The notes below the pieces were generated by a model. It was not told the DNA's origin. It did not search any database and saw nothing but the letters and a program-made list of their open reading frames with translations. From Octopus sinensis (lineage: Eukaryota), in assembly GCF_006345805.1 (NCBI RefSeq), contig NC_043008.1, forward strand, positions 63,116,001 through 63,180,000: a DNA stretch of 64,000 nucleotides, in the 5' to 3' direction. The translations under genes were made by a program, and so were the position numbers. Shown one piece after another: positions 1 through 13,241 of the stretch; position 1 is the first letter of the stretch, and each line of letters opens with the position of its first letter.

Positions 1-519
1 TGGCAATGTTTCTACAGCTGGATGCCCTTCCTAACGCCAGGATATTATTAATTAATATCTTAGAAACAGCTGTAAGACCTTATATCTATAAATGCTCTAA
101 TATCTACACAGCCTTGGTTTTTTTATCTTATTATTCAAAAAATTCTTATATATATATAGACATATGCACACATATATCTATGCATATATATATACACGCA
201 TACATAAATGAGTGTGTGTGTATACATATATATATATGTGTGTGTATGTGTATATATACACATACATATTTGTGTGTGTGTACATACACTCACACACATA
301 CGCATATGTATATATACTTTATACCACAAGGTTTTTAGTTTCCATCCCACTTTGGTACCCTATGATCATTGTTCTACTATATAACCCTATGTTGAGTAAA
401 GCCTACTGAGTGAATTTGGTTGATAGAAACTACAAAAAAATCTTCTAGATGTGTGTGTATTTCTGTGTCCGTATGAGTGTGTATGCATTTGTTTGCATGC
501 TGACTGTAAGCAATGTCAC

Positions 520-940
520 CATTCATTAAAAGACAGTGCCAAATTTTGCAATCTTTTGTTGAAACATGTCCAGTCATTGATCGATTTATATTGAAAGAAC
601 TTGAGCATATATTACATTTCTTGAAAAGCACCCGGCTATAGAAGACTGTGTTAGTATGCTCTGACTAGCCAATGGAAGCACTGAAAGGTAGATATTAATA
701 AGATGATAATATATCATTGGTTTGGTCTGTAGTAATTTGTTTCCAAGCCCTCTGAGACCTCTGAGATCATGATATAGTTCCCATTCCACATAAACATTCT
801 CAAATCTATGGCTGCAAGAAAAAGGTGTGGAGATTAATGTGAAGGAGAACTGGGTGCAGTGGTTAGTATGAAACCTGGATGAGTGGATACTATATAAATA
901 ATGTGAAGAGCACGAAGTATTTAGATAACTGGTGTACATA
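520..940 (-). pseudogene. Degenerate hAT-family transposase C-terminal (dimerisation domain) fragment
   Basis: Frameshifted minus-strand peptides 'INIYLSVLPLAS', 'GCFSR' and 'RLQNLALSFNE' resemble the hATC consensus (L.LPVS.A..ERSFS...RL..LA.L.IE). Confidence 0.4.
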
Positions 941-999
941 TAAAATTAATCCAATTTGATACTGTGTACCAAAAATTCTATGTAACAAGGTTATGCTTT

Positions 1000-1395
1000 G
1001 CACAGTGTTTGAGGAGACCTATTGAGTCAATTACATCAGCATCAAAATAAAAATTAATATGGAAATTGTAGTTGTGATACCCATGCTGGTGGCACGTAAA
1101 AAGCACCATCCAAACGTAGCCAATGCCAGTGCACCTTGACTAGCTTCCATGGCGGTGGCACGTAAAAGTCACCAACCGATCATGGCCATTGCCAGCCTTG
1201 CCTGGCACCTGTGCCAGTGGCACGTAAAAAGCACCCACTACACTCACGGAGTGGTTGGCATTACGAAGGGCATCCAGCAGTAGAAACACTGCCAGATCAG
1301 GCTGGAGCCTGATGCAGCCTCCTGGCTTCCCAGACCCTGGTCGAACCGTCCAACCCATGCTAGCATGGAAAAACGGACGTTAAACGATGATGATG
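1000..1395 (+). mobile_element. RTE LINE 3'-end fragment ending in (GAT)n
   Basis: Reverse complement of the 3' terminus of the RTE at 2189-7425; ends GGACGTTAAACGATGATGATG. Confidence 0.85.
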
Positions 1396-2131
1396 AAGAT
1401 GAATGCAAAAACAATCATATAACAGTCACATCATTGATTTCAATGTATGAGTGTTTGAAGGAAAGGGAAATTTTTTAAATCTTTAAAAATAAAAGAGGCT
1501 GCATCAATTTGTGATGGATGCATGAACGCAATATGAGTCCAGGTATGGATCTTGATATGAAATCATTGTGAGAACGCTGATACTTTTGGTTTTGCTTGGG
1601 ATTGGTCAAATGTGTCTGTTGATTGCAGGATGCAATTCTTTTATTGTTCTGTTTATAAGGAGGGGCTAATTCCCATTATCAGTGCACAGACATGTTTGCA
1701 TGATCAAGAAGCTGGTTTCCCAACAACATAGCTTTGGTTTCAGTTGTATTGTGCATCTAGTTTGGGAAATATCATCTAGTAAAATTTTGTTGGTGGATCT
1801 TGTAGATGGGAACTGAAAGAAGCTCATCATGTATATCTGTGTATATATCTATATGTGTGTGTTTTTATGTATATAAATTATATACATGTTTTTAAGTTAT
1901 AAAATAGTCGTGATACTAGAATTTTCTTACTGTCAAATAAAATTTCATGTCATTTGTTTCTGTCATTTATGACTTTATACTCCTTACCGTTTTTTCTTCT
2001 GTCATACTATACATTCTATATGCTTTGTAGAATGGCACATGAAGAGCTTTTTCTATGAGTACTACTGGATTACTGGATTCCACATATAGTGATCTAATGT
2101 ATATTTATATATATATGTATATGTATATATG

Positions 2132-2190
<59 letters not shown>

Positions 2191-2339
2191 TCATCATCAT
2201 CATCATCATTTAACGTCCGCTTTCCATGCTAGCATGGGTTGGACGGTTCAACTGGGGTCTGGGGAGCCCGAAGGCTACACCAGTCCAGTCAGATCTGGCA
2301 GTGTTTCTACAGCTGGATGCCCTTCCTAACGCCAACCAC

Positions 2340-5300
2340 TCCGAGAGTGTAGTGGGTGATTTTATGTGCCACCGACACAGGTGCCAGACGAGGCTGGCAA
2401 ACGGCCACGCTCGGATGGTGTTTTTATGTGCCACCGACACAGGTACCAGACGAGGCTGGCAGACGGCCACGCTCGGATGGTGTTTTTATGTGCCACCGAC
2501 ACAGGTGCCAGATGAGGCTGGCAAACGGCCACGATCAGATGGTGTTTGTTACGTGCCCACAGCACGGAGGCCAGTCGATGCGGTACTGGCTACGGCCACG
2601 TTCGGATGGTTTTCTTGTGTGCCACGTGCCACCGGCACTGGTACCACAAAGATACAAATTCCATTGATGTTCATCTATTTTGATTTGTTTTGATTTTCAC
2701 TTGCCTCAACAGGTCTTCACAAGTGTCACAAGAAGGAAGGTATGCACAGGTGGACTGACAACGTCCCAGGTAGGGGCCACAGGTTATGGCCTGACTAGTC
2801 TTGCCGGGTCTTCGGATGGTGTTTTTATGTGCCACCGACACAGGTGCTAGATGAGGCTGGCGAACGGCCACGATCGGATGGTGTTTGTTACGTGCCCACA
2901 GCACGGAGGCCAGTCGGTGCGGTACTGGCTACGGCCACGTTCGGATGGTTTTCTTGTGTGCCACCGGCACTGGGACCACAAAGATACAATTCCATTAATG
3001 TTCATCTATTTTGATTTGTTTTGATTTGATTTGATTTGATTTGTTTTGATTTCATTTTGATTTTGATTTTCACTTGCCTCAACAGGCCTTCACAAGTATC
3101 ACAAGGAAGAAGGTATGCACAGGTGGACTGACTACGTCCCAGGTAGGGACCATGGGATATGGCCTGACTAGTCTTGCCGGGTCTTCGGATGGTGTTTTTA
3201 TGTGCCACCGATACAGGTGCTAGATGAGGCTGGCGAACGGCCACGATCGGATGGTGTTTGTTATGTGCCCACAGCACGATGGCCAGTCGATGCGGTACTG
3301 ACTACGGCCACGTTCGGATGGATTTCTTGTGTGCCACAGGCACTGGTACCACAAAGATACAAATTCCATTGATGTTCATCTATTTTGATTTGATTTGATT
3401 TTCACTTGCCTCAGCAGGTCTTCACAAGTGTCACAAGAAGGAAGGTATGCACAGGTGGACTGACTAGTCTTGCCGGGTCTTCGGAAGGTGTTTTTATGTG
3501 CCACCGATACAGGTGCCAGATGAGGCTGGTGAACGGCCATGATCGGATGGTGTTTGTTACGTGCCCACAGCACGGAGGCCGGTCGATGCGGAACTGGCTA
3601 CGGCCACGTTCGGATGGTTCTCTTGTGTGCCACCGGCACTGGTACCACAAAGTGTGTGCCACCGGCACTGGTACCACAAAGATACAGATTCCATTGATGT
3701 TCATCTATTTTGATTTGTTTTGATTTTCACTTGCCTCAACAGGTCTTCACAAGTGTCACAAGAAGGAAGGTATGTACAGGTGGACTGACTACGTCCCAGG
3801 TAGGGGCTATGGGTTATAGCCTGACTAGTCTTGCGGGTCTTCGGATGGTGTTTTTATGTGCCACCGACACAGGTGCTAGATGAGGAGCTGGTGAACGGCC
3901 ACGATCGGATGGTGTTTGTTTGTGCCCACAGCACGATGGCCAGTGATGCGGTACTGACTACGGCCACGTTCGGATGGATTTCTTGTGTGCCACAGGCACT
4001 GGTACCACAAAGATACAAATTCAATTGATGTTCATCTATTTTGATTTGTTTTGATTTTCACTTGCCTCAACAGGTCTTCACAAGTGTCACAAGAAGGAAG
4101 GTATGTACAGGTGGACTGACTAGTCTTGCAGGTCTTGGGAAGGTGTTTATGTGCCACCGATACAGTGCCAGATGAGGCTCGGTGAACGGCCATGATCGGA
4201 TGGTGTTTGTTACGTTGCCCACAGCACGGAGGCCGGTCGATGCGGAACTGGCTACGGCCACGTTCGGATGGTTCTTTGTGGCACCGGCAATGGTACCACA
4301 AAGTGTGCCACCGGCACTGGTACCACAAAGATACAGATTCCATGATGTTCATCTATTTTGATTTGTTTTGATTTTCACTTGCCTCAACAGGTCTTCACAA
4401 GTGTCACAAGAAGGAAGGTATGTACAGGTGGACGACTACGTCCCAGGTAGGGGCTACGGGTTATAGCCTGACTAGTCTTGCCGGGCTCGGATGTGTTTTT
4501 ATGTGCCACCGCACAGGTGCTAGATGAGGCGGGCGCACGGCCACGATCGGATGGTGTTTGTTATGTCCCACACAGCACGATGGCCAGTGATGCGGTACGC
4601 GACTACGGCCACGTTCGGATGGATTCTTGTGCCACGGCACTGGGTACACCAAAAGATACAACTTCCATTGATGTTCATCTATTTTGATTTGTTTTGATTT
4701 TCACTTGCCTCACAAAGGTCTTCACAAGTGCACAAGAAGGAAGGTATGTAGGTGGACTGACTACGTCAAGGTAGGGGCTATGGGTTATAGCTGACTAGTC
4801 TTGCCGGGTCTCGGATGGTGTTTTTATGTGCCACCGACACAGGTGCTAGATGAGGCTGGCGAACGGCCACGATCGGATGGTGTTTGTTATGTGCCCACAG
4901 CACGATGGCCAGTGATGCGGGGGGTACTGACTACGACCACGTACGATGGATTCTTGGTGCCACGGCACTGGTACCACAAAGATACAAATTCCATTGATGT
5001 TCATCTATTTTGATTTGTTTTGATTTTCACTTGCCTCAACAGGTCTCACAAGTGTCACAAGAAGGAAGGTATGTACAGGTGGACTGACTACGTCCCAGGT
5101 AGGGGCCACGGGTTATGACCTGACTAGTCTTGCCGGGTCTTCGGATGGTGTTTTTACGTGCCACCATGTTCCCACAGCACGGAGGCCAGTCGATGCGGTA
5201 CTGGCTACGGCCACGTTCGGATGGTTCTCTTGTGTGCCACCGGCACTGGTACCACAAAGATACAGATTCCATTGATGTTCATCTATTTTGATTTGTTTTG

Positions 5301-6020
5301 ATTTTCACTTGCCTCAACAGGTCTTCACAAGTGTCACAAGAAGGAAGGTATGCACAGGTGGACTGACTACGTCCCAGGTAGGGGCTATGGGTTATAGCCT
5401 GACTAGTCTTGCCGGGTCTTCGGATGGTGTTTTTATGTGCCACCGACACAGGTGCTAGATGAGGCTGGCGAACGGCCACGATCGGATGGTGTTTGTTATG
5501 TGCCCACAGCACGATGGCCAGTGATGCGGTACTGACTACGGCCACATTCGGATGGATTCTTGTTTGCCACCGGCACTGGTACCACAAAGATACAAATTCC
5601 ATTGATGTTCATCTATTTTGATTTGTTTTGATTTTCACTTGCCTCAACAGGTCTTCACAAGTGTCACAAGAAGGAAGGTATGTACAGGTGTACTGACTAC
5701 GTCCCAGGTAGGGGCCACGGGTTATGACCTGACTAGTCTTGCCGGGTCTTCGGATGGTGTTTTTATGTGCCACCATGTTCCCACAGCACGGAGGCCAGTC
5801 GATGCGGTACTGGCTACGGCCACGTTCGGATGGTTTTCTTGTGTGCCACAGGCACTGGTACCACAAAGATACAAATTCCATTGATGTTCATCTATTTTGA
5901 TTGATTTTCACTTGCCTCAGCAGGTCTTCACAAGTGTCACAAGAAGGAAGGTATGCACAGGTGGATCGACTACGTCCCAGGTAGGGGCCACGGGATATGG
6001 CCTGACTAGTCCTGCCGGGT
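2340..6020. repeat. Tandem array of ~270-370-bp units from the RTE ORF end and 3' UTR (~11 copies)
   Basis: Anchor TTGCCTCA(A/G)CAGGTCTTCACAAG, with minor variants, recurs at about 2701, 3075, 3406, 3732, 4062, 4379, 4706, 5031, 5309, 5639 and 5912. Confidence 0.95.
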
Positions 6021-7424
6021 CCTCTCATGCACAGCACACTTCCATAGGACTCGGTCTTCAGTCATTTCCTTGGTGAGACCTAAAGTTCGAAGGTCGTGCT
6101 TCACCACCTCGTCCCATGTTTTCCTGGGTCTACCTCTTCCACAAGTTCCCTCAACTGCTAGGGTGTAGCACTTTTGCACACAACTATCTTCAGCCATTCT
6201 CGTCACATGACCATACCAGCGCAGTCGTCTCTCTTGCACACCACAACTGACACTTCTTAGGTTCAACTTTTCTCTCAAAGTACTTACACTCTGACGATTA
6301 TGAACACTGACATTACACATCCATCGGAGCATACTGGCTTCATTTCTTGCGAGCTTACGCATATCCTCAGCAGTCACGGCCCATGTTTCACTACCATGTA
6401 GCATGGCTGTACATACACACGCATCATATAGTCTGCCTTTTACTCTTAGCGAGAGGCCTTTTGTCACCAGCAGGGGTAAGAGCTCTCTAAACTTTGCCCA
6501 GGCTATTCTTACTCTAGCAGTTACACTTTCAGCACACCCACCCCGCTACTGACTTGGTCTCCTAGGTAGCGGAAGCTATCAACTACTTCTAGTTTGTCTC
6601 CCTGGAACGTGGTAGAAGTTGGTCTCTGCACATTTCCAGTGTTTATTGCTCCTGAGCATCTGCCACAGACAAAAACTATTTTCTTAGTTAGCCTTCCTTT
6701 GACATTGCTGCACCTCTTATGTGTCCATAGCTTACACTTGGTGCACCTTAGAGTTTCTACCTACACCTTTTTTACAGATCGAGCAGGGCCATCTACCTGA
6801 AGTCGTTTGTGATTGGTCCACCTTCCTACTTATTAGGACTTTGGTTTTGGCTAGGTTGATTCTAAGGCCCTTCGATTCTAATCCTTGTTTCCACACCTGA
6901 AACTTCTCCTCCAGTTCTGATATTGACTCAGCAATTAGAGCAAGGTCATCAGCATAGAGGAGCTCCCAGGGGCATCCTGTCTTGAATTCCTCCGTTATTG
7001 CCTGGAGGACTATGATAAATAGGAGGGGACTGAGGACTGAACCTTGGTGGACCCCAACCTCTACCCGGAATTCTTCACTGTACTCGTTGCCAACCCTCAC
7101 CTTACTAGCAGCGTCTCTGTACATGGCTCGCACAGCTCTCACTAACCATTCATCTATCCCTAGTTTCCTCATTGACCACCAGATAAGGGATCGGGGGACC
7201 CTGTCAAAGGCTTTCTCCAAGTCAACAAAAGCCAGATACAAGGGCTTATCTTTGGCTAGGTATTTCTCCTGCAGCTGTCTTACCAGGAATATAGCATCAG
7301 TAGTACTTTTCCTGGCACGAACCCAAACTGCATATCATCTAAGCTAACTCTCTCTCTAATTAATTGGGCTATAACCCTCTCCGTAACCTTCATTACCTGA
7401 TCCAGCAGCTTGATGCCCCTGTAG

Positions 7425-7425
<1 letters not shown>
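6006..7425 (-). pseudogene. RTE reverse transcriptase, frameshifted and N-terminally truncated
   Basis: ORFs 7280..7522, 6732..7241 and 6006..6467 carry successive RT segments in separate ORFs. Confidence 0.93.
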
Positions 7426-7484
<59 letters not shown>

Positions 7485-8042
7485 GCATATACACACACAC
7501 ATATATATTTAACAATGTGCATAAGAGTCCGACGGTCCCTATCTGAAAGATTTGATTTTCTTCTGGGGTTTTGTTTCTATGAGGACGTCTTTCCGTCTTT
7601 CTCAAAGGCTGTCATTACTTTCAAGACAGTACTTCTTGATTCACCAAACATTTCGACTGTTTTTGTTACATTAGCGCCTGCCATATGAGCTCCAACAATT
7701 TGTCCCCTTTGAAAGTCTGATAGATATCATTTCAATGAATTTTAATTACCTTATTACAATAATATCTGAAAAGAAATAGCAATTTTTCAAAACATTTTAA
7801 GCAACACTAAAAATAAATAAAAAAGTATAAAAATAAACAAGCTTTTGATGGTTTTATAGTTATTTCAAAATTATGATACTATGATGCTAGCTGTTTCCAT
7901 TATTTTGTTCAACCCCTGTATGTAACCCTGAGCTTTTCGGAGGTAGCCATTATGGAATGAAATATGGTGAGTGATAAATAGATATAAAATATGAGTGTGG
8001 TTATGGCTGTTTGTGTCTCTTTTTCATTACATCGCTCGATTA

Positions 8043-8440
8043 ACTTTATATATAAAAGTCAATTTGTGTGTCTGTCTCCTACGATTTAGATTCCTAACTG
8101 CTCCCACATTCTGCAGTGCAGTGTAACCAAAAGCGGGTATCTTATAGTCGTGATTCATATCGAGCCCTTCTGGGTATTAGCACACGTCTACGATGAGTCT
8201 ACGATTTTAAAAATAATTTACCATCATTTTTTCCATTTTAATGCATTTTTTCGCTATTACATAAGGGAAGTAACTCTCTAAAAATGTCTACGATGAGTCA
8301 ACGATTTTTTAAAAAAATTACCATAATTTTTTTTCCATTTTTAATGCATTTTTTTTGCTATTTTGGGGCTATAACTCTCTAAAAATGCTTATATAGTTAT
8401 TTCCCTTACATACCCGAGCAACGCTGGGCGATACTGCTAG
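8043..8440 (+). mobile_element. Non-autonomous Helitron
   Basis: 5' end (A)CTTTATATATAAAAG, subterminal hairpin CCCGAGCAACGCTGGG, 3' end CTAG followed by T. A second copy is at 22054-22451. Confidence 0.85.
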
Positions 8441-8694
8441 TTATAAATACATGCCACTATCACAAATAGTGTCATTCATTTCCAATCTTCAAGGGAAGTA
8501 TGTTCCTCCTCATACCTTGTTAGGAAGCAAGCGAGTGTTGGTGACAATATAGACATCCATCTGTACAAGAGCTCCCCAAACAAAATCCATCAAACTGATG
8601 CAAGTATGGAAAGTGGATGTTAACAAGGAAAAAGAAGGACGAGGAAAAAGAAGAGAATGACTATTATGATATATGCTTTATTTGTCATCAGGAC

Positions 8695-9245
8695 GTAACA
8701 AACACCATCCGATTGTGGCCGTGCCAGCCTCACCTGGCCTCCGTGCTGGTGGTACGTAAAAAACACCATCTGAGCATGGCCGTTCGTCAGCCTCGTCTGG
8801 CACCTGTGTCGGTGGCACAAAAAAACAACACCATCCGATTGTGGCCGTGCCAGCCTCGCCTGGCCTCTGTGCTGGTGGCACGTAAAAAAACACCATCCGA
8901 GCGTGGCCGTTCACCAGCCTTGTCTGGCACCTGTGTCGGTGGCACATAAAAAACACCATCCAAGCGTGGCCGTTCGCCAACCTCGTCTGGCACCTGTGTC
9001 GGTGGCACATAAAAAACACCATCCGAGCGTGGCCATTCGCCAGTCTTGTCTGGCACCTGTGTCGGTGGCACATAAAAAGCACCCACTACACTCACGGAGT
9101 GGTTGGCGTTAGGAAGGGCATCCAGCAGTAGAAACACTGCCAGATCTGACTGGAGCCTGGTGCAGCCTTCGGGCTTCCCAGACACCAGTTGAACCATCCA
9201 ACCCATGCTAGCATGGAGAACGGACGTTAAACAATGATGATGATG
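8695..9245 (+). mobile_element. 5'-truncated RTE 3' UTR insertion flanked by ~240-bp direct repeats
   Basis: Matches the RTE 3' UTR with ~60-bp subrepeats and a GAT tail. Flanks 8452-8694 and 9246-9487 are near-identical. Confidence 0.9.
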
Positions 9246-10464
9246 TGTCACTATCACAAATAGTGTTGTTCATTTCCAATCTTCCAAGGAAGTATGTTCC
9301 TCCTCATACCTTGTTAGGAAGCAAGCGAGTGTTGGTGACAGTATAGACATCCATCTGTACAAGAGCTCCCCAAACAAAATCCATCAAACTGATGCAAGCA
9401 TGGAAAGTGGAGGTTAAAAATAAAAAGGAGGACTAGGAAGAAGAAGAGAACGACTATTATGATATATGCTTTATTTGTCATCAGGACACGAGATTGTCTT
9501 ATAGTAATGCTACGTTAAAATCCAATTAATTGCTGGCTATATTCAAATATATTGCTGAAACCTCAGCTGCTTTTTACTTGTCTTCTAATCTCATTTCTCC
9601 AGATTCTATAGGACATACAAACATGTCTGCACTTGTTAGATTTAAATATTTGTATTAATGACTTTCTTGTTTGTGGTTTCTGCCATGAAGACAATACCAG
9701 TTTGTCTTTAAGAAACCTACAAAAATTTCTGTTGTTTTAAAATCACAGTTCTTCATTGATACAAGAAACCAGGATATCAAAGTCTGCCATGACGTATGCA
9801 CTATAGTTTTAATTGATATTGATGAAAATGTTCATTAAATTATGTTTTGCATTTATACATTGTCTATAACTTAAATAAAATTCACATCCGCACACACACA
9901 TATATAGGTATGTATGGATGAATGGTTGAGTATGCAAGCATGTATGTATGTGTGTGTGTGTATGTATGCATGTATGTGTATGTATGCATGCATATGTGTG
10001 TGTGTCTGTGTGTGCATATGTCTGTGTTACTGTGGAAAGACAGACAAATAAGAACAGGTGTAACAAAAGAATTTATCTTATATATTAAATAGACCTCTGA
10101 GTGTGTGTGTGTGTTCACTTTTTTACATGAAAACACAAATTGGTTCCATACTTGGGGTGCATGAAAAATTTGACCTGAGACACAATATCAAAAATAAATA
10201 ATATTGTTTCATATACATAAGATTCACTACTTTGCTAAATGTACTTTCACCCCTCCTCCTCCTCCTTATTCACTCTCTCTCTTTCTCTTTCTCTCTCTCA
10301 ATCTGCTTCCTTATTCAATTTCTCTCTCTCTCACTCCCCTCCCTTCTTATATCAATGACTCAAATCATTTCGATTTTACAAGTATCTACAATTAATATTT
10401 GGAAGGCAAGTTTTCTGTCTAACTTCTCATATTTCCTTTGTTTCTATCTCTTGCTCTATCATTC

Positions 10465-10650
10465 TGTTATGTCGCATGTTCGGATGCTTCTACTACTCAA
10501 CTCTACCTCTGCTCTACTACTACTCTGACTAGTCAACTGTTCTCCACAACTCAACCATTCTCAGCTGTGCTCCTGATGTCTAGGCTTCTCCCTCTATATT
10601 TATTCGTATTGGGCTAGCCTACTTCATCACCTGGGGGCGTCCACACAACA
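10465..10650 (-). mobile_element. Solo LTR (186 bp) with 5-bp TSD CATTC
   Basis: TGTTATGT...ACACAACA termini, CATTC at 10460-10464 and 10651-10655, homologous in inverted orientation to 13032-13185. Confidence 0.85.
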
Positions 10651-10786
10651 CATTCTCACTTCATTTTGTCAGCTATTCTGTCTTGTGTTTACTGTTGCAA
10701 TGATTTCTAGTACCAAAAAATTATTACAGCTACTTTCGTTGTTTACAATCTTTAGAACCAGTGTATTAGTGTATCAGTAAATAGTC

Positions 10787-12035
10787 ATGCCTAGAAGGTA
10801 GGTGTCAAATTTGTCTCCAGTGTCAAGGCCAGCCAAAAGAATGTCTTTGTCGAGGGAAAGGGAGACAACTGAAAGAAGGGAATCATGCCAAGAAAGAAAC
10901 AGACTGTGTACAACAGCAGCTAGAGCATCTGAGAATGATGAGACAAGAGTTGTGCATCAAAAAAAGCCAGTTGCAAAGTGGTGCTGCCAAATCATCTCAA
11001 AATGCTGAACAGAGGCATGCACGCCTGATAATGAATAGGATTTCCACTGCAGAAGGAAGAGCAGTTAAAAAAGCTCAGAGAAGCAACTTCTATGAAGCAG
11101 TTTTCAACTATGATCCAGCAGTTAATTAGATGACACTAAAATTTCCATTGGTGTATTGACAACTGAGTGCAAACTCTGTAAAGCAAGGAGAAATGGCCTG
11201 GAGAGACACCTGGGCTGTGCTGTTGCAGGGGAAAAGTTAAACTCCTTGCAATGCCCCAACTTCTAGAGTCATTGAAGAAACTGTTGTCATCAACTGACCA
11301 ATATTCTGAGCACTTCCAAAACAAGTTTCGACAATACAACACTACACAACAGATGGCATTATTTGGAACCACAATAGAAATAGCTGAGCCAGGATTCATG
11401 CAAACTTTCAAGAACCGAAGTCAGATTTATCATCAAATTGACTCTCTACTACCTCTGTCAAATGAGTCACCAAAATTCCTACAAATATACTTTAAGAGTG
11501 ATTCTCAACAAGAAGGGCAAGAGAGGGGCAAGAACATTTCTGGCATCAGGATGAACATTGTAGTGTCTCTGCAAAAGATGCTGCATAACATCAACAACCT
11601 GCACTTAAAATGATTCCACCTGATTCCAGGATTTAATAATTACAGCAACAATAATTACAGTCAGTATGATGTGTGATAATGTCTTCGTTCCAAAGATCCT
11701 TCTCATCTCAAATGAACTCCCATTTCAGTTCAAAAGACTGCAGTTTCCTGTCAAACTGAGCATTGCAATGTCTATCAACAAAGCACAAGGTCAATCTCTA
11801 AAGGTGGTGGGACTTTATCCACTTCAACCATGCTTTTCACATGGTCAGCTGTATGTTGGATGTTCCAGAGTTGGAGATGAAAAGAACCTCTACATTCTCA
11901 GTGATAAGCATGGCAAGACAGAAAACAGAGTATATGAATGATGAAGCACTTACATGAATAATGTGTGCATGCAATGTACAGAAGTGAAAACCGTTGAGTG
12001 TTAAAAGTAAGCATTACTTCCTGAGAATACACTAG
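10787..12035 (+). mobile_element. Internally deleted Helitron (Rep N-terminal region joined to PIF1 helicase C-terminus), pseudogenised
   Basis: CC..GKV, 'EHFQNKFRQYN', 'YHQIDSLLP..NESPKFLQIYF', then helicase motifs 'RLQFPVKLSIAMSINKAQGQSL' and 'FSHGQLYVGCSRV'. CTAG|T at 12032-12036. Confidence 0.9.
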
Positions 12036-12102
12036 TCTTACGATACAAGCAAAGAGTACTGTGTTAAGGCTATGAGTTTATAACCCAAATTAAACCATGT
12101 CC

Positions 12103-12178
<76 letters not shown>

Positions 12179-12212
12179 CGTATATATATTATATTATATA
12201 TATATATATATA

Positions 12213-12353
12213 GTGTATCTTTCTGTTGAAGAGCGTAGGCTCGAAACGTTAAAGACTTGTTTTATTTATATTTCCTGAGCGCCATACTAATACAAATGTT
12301 TGTTTGTTTTCCACCTGCCTTCGCCTTTTGTCTATTTTCATAAAGCTTCCCAT
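12213..12353 (+). mobile_element. Penelope-like pLTR fragment in (TA)n
   Basis: Same family as 22770-23093 and 61290-61380; the last follows a GIY-YIG ORF end. Carries a hammerhead motif. Confidence 0.75.
12218..12255 (+). ncRNA. Minimal type-I hammerhead ribozyme (CUGUUGA core variant)
   Basis: TCTTT-CTGTTGA-A-GAGC(GTAG)GCTC-GAA-ACGT-T-AAAGA: stem I TCTTT/AAAGA, stem II 4 bp, palindromic stem III ACGT. Confidence 0.75.
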
Positions 12354-12384
<31 letters not shown>

Positions 12385-13031
12385 GTTTATATATAAAGTT
12401 GCCTATAAAATTAAATGAGCTAACCAACTCTTTTCTTTACAGCTGTTTTGGATAATTGATGATTAGCAGATATAGCCATGTATACTATGTAAGGAGGTCC
12501 ACTACTGATTTTATATTGCAGGTATACTTAAAAGCAGAGGGAAAATAATCAGGACCATGAATTTTGATAACTCCATGCAGCAAAGTCACTATATCCTCAT
12601 TAGAAGAACCAGGCAAATGGCTAAGAAGAGATAATATATATTGCTAAATATGAAATCTATTAATCAGAAAGATAGAGAGGGTAAAAGGTGGGGAGGAGAA
12701 GAGTGATGGTGACGTAAAGTGTGAGTCAGTTATTAAAAGATGTCAGTTATTGGCACTTGTATAATCACTGGCAATAAAATAAAAACTGGTGGCAAGGCAA
12801 ACCAGTTCAAAGGACACTTAGTGGCTATAGAAATAAAAGTGAGAGAAGGCAGGTTCTAAAAGGAACTCATTAATAATAGTGGAGTACAGATGTGGATGAA
12901 ATGAAGAGAGATACTATCAGTGTATAAAGATAAGAACTGTAAAGTGTATCAGTTGTGTCGAGTATAAATCAGTTATATGGGAGGGAAAAGTTGAGTAGAT
13001 AGATGATGGCAGTCTGGTTGTAGAGGGAAGG

Positions 13032-13241
13032 TGTTGTGTTGACGCCCCTAGATGATGAAGTAGGCTAGCCCAATACATAGATACAGAGGGAGAAGCCTAG
13101 ACTTCAAGAACACAGCAGAGTAGTAGAGAAAAGAGTGGTAGCAGTCAGAGTTGAGTTGAGTAGAAGTAGAATGTGCGACATAACAGTGGCGACCAGGATT
13201 TCATAGCTAACACAGCCATTGTGTAGTATTGCGATATAACA
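13032..13241 (+). mobile_element. Collapsed LTR retrotransposon: 5' LTR, PBS and terminal piece of 3' LTR, TSD GAAGG
   Basis: LTR 13032-13185 (TGTTGTGT...ACATAACA), PBS-like TGGCGACCAGG at 13187, second LTR end GCGATATAACA at 13231-13241, GAAGG at 13027-13031 and 13242-13246. Confidence 0.8.

Larger units (their letters stand above)
2189..7425 (-). mobile_element. 5'-truncated RTE-clade LINE with (GAT)n tail and tandemly expanded 3' end
   Basis: RT motifs on the minus strand ([57 protein letters not shown]). The (CAT)n tail lies at 2189-2208 and the 5' end stops at a (TA)n tract. Confidence 0.95.

Noticed and set aside
2340-6020. CRISPR-like array or coding repeat; hammerhead-like words CAGATGAG..GAAC and CTGTTGAGGCAAGTGAAAATC
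   Set aside because: No unique spacers, and the units derive from the LINE UTR. The core-like words lack pairing stems I and III.
10465-13185. Single TIR element (Helentron-like) enclosing the Helitron ORF
   Set aside because: Each apparent arm has its own 5-bp TSD and TG...CA ends, so they are independent LTR relics.
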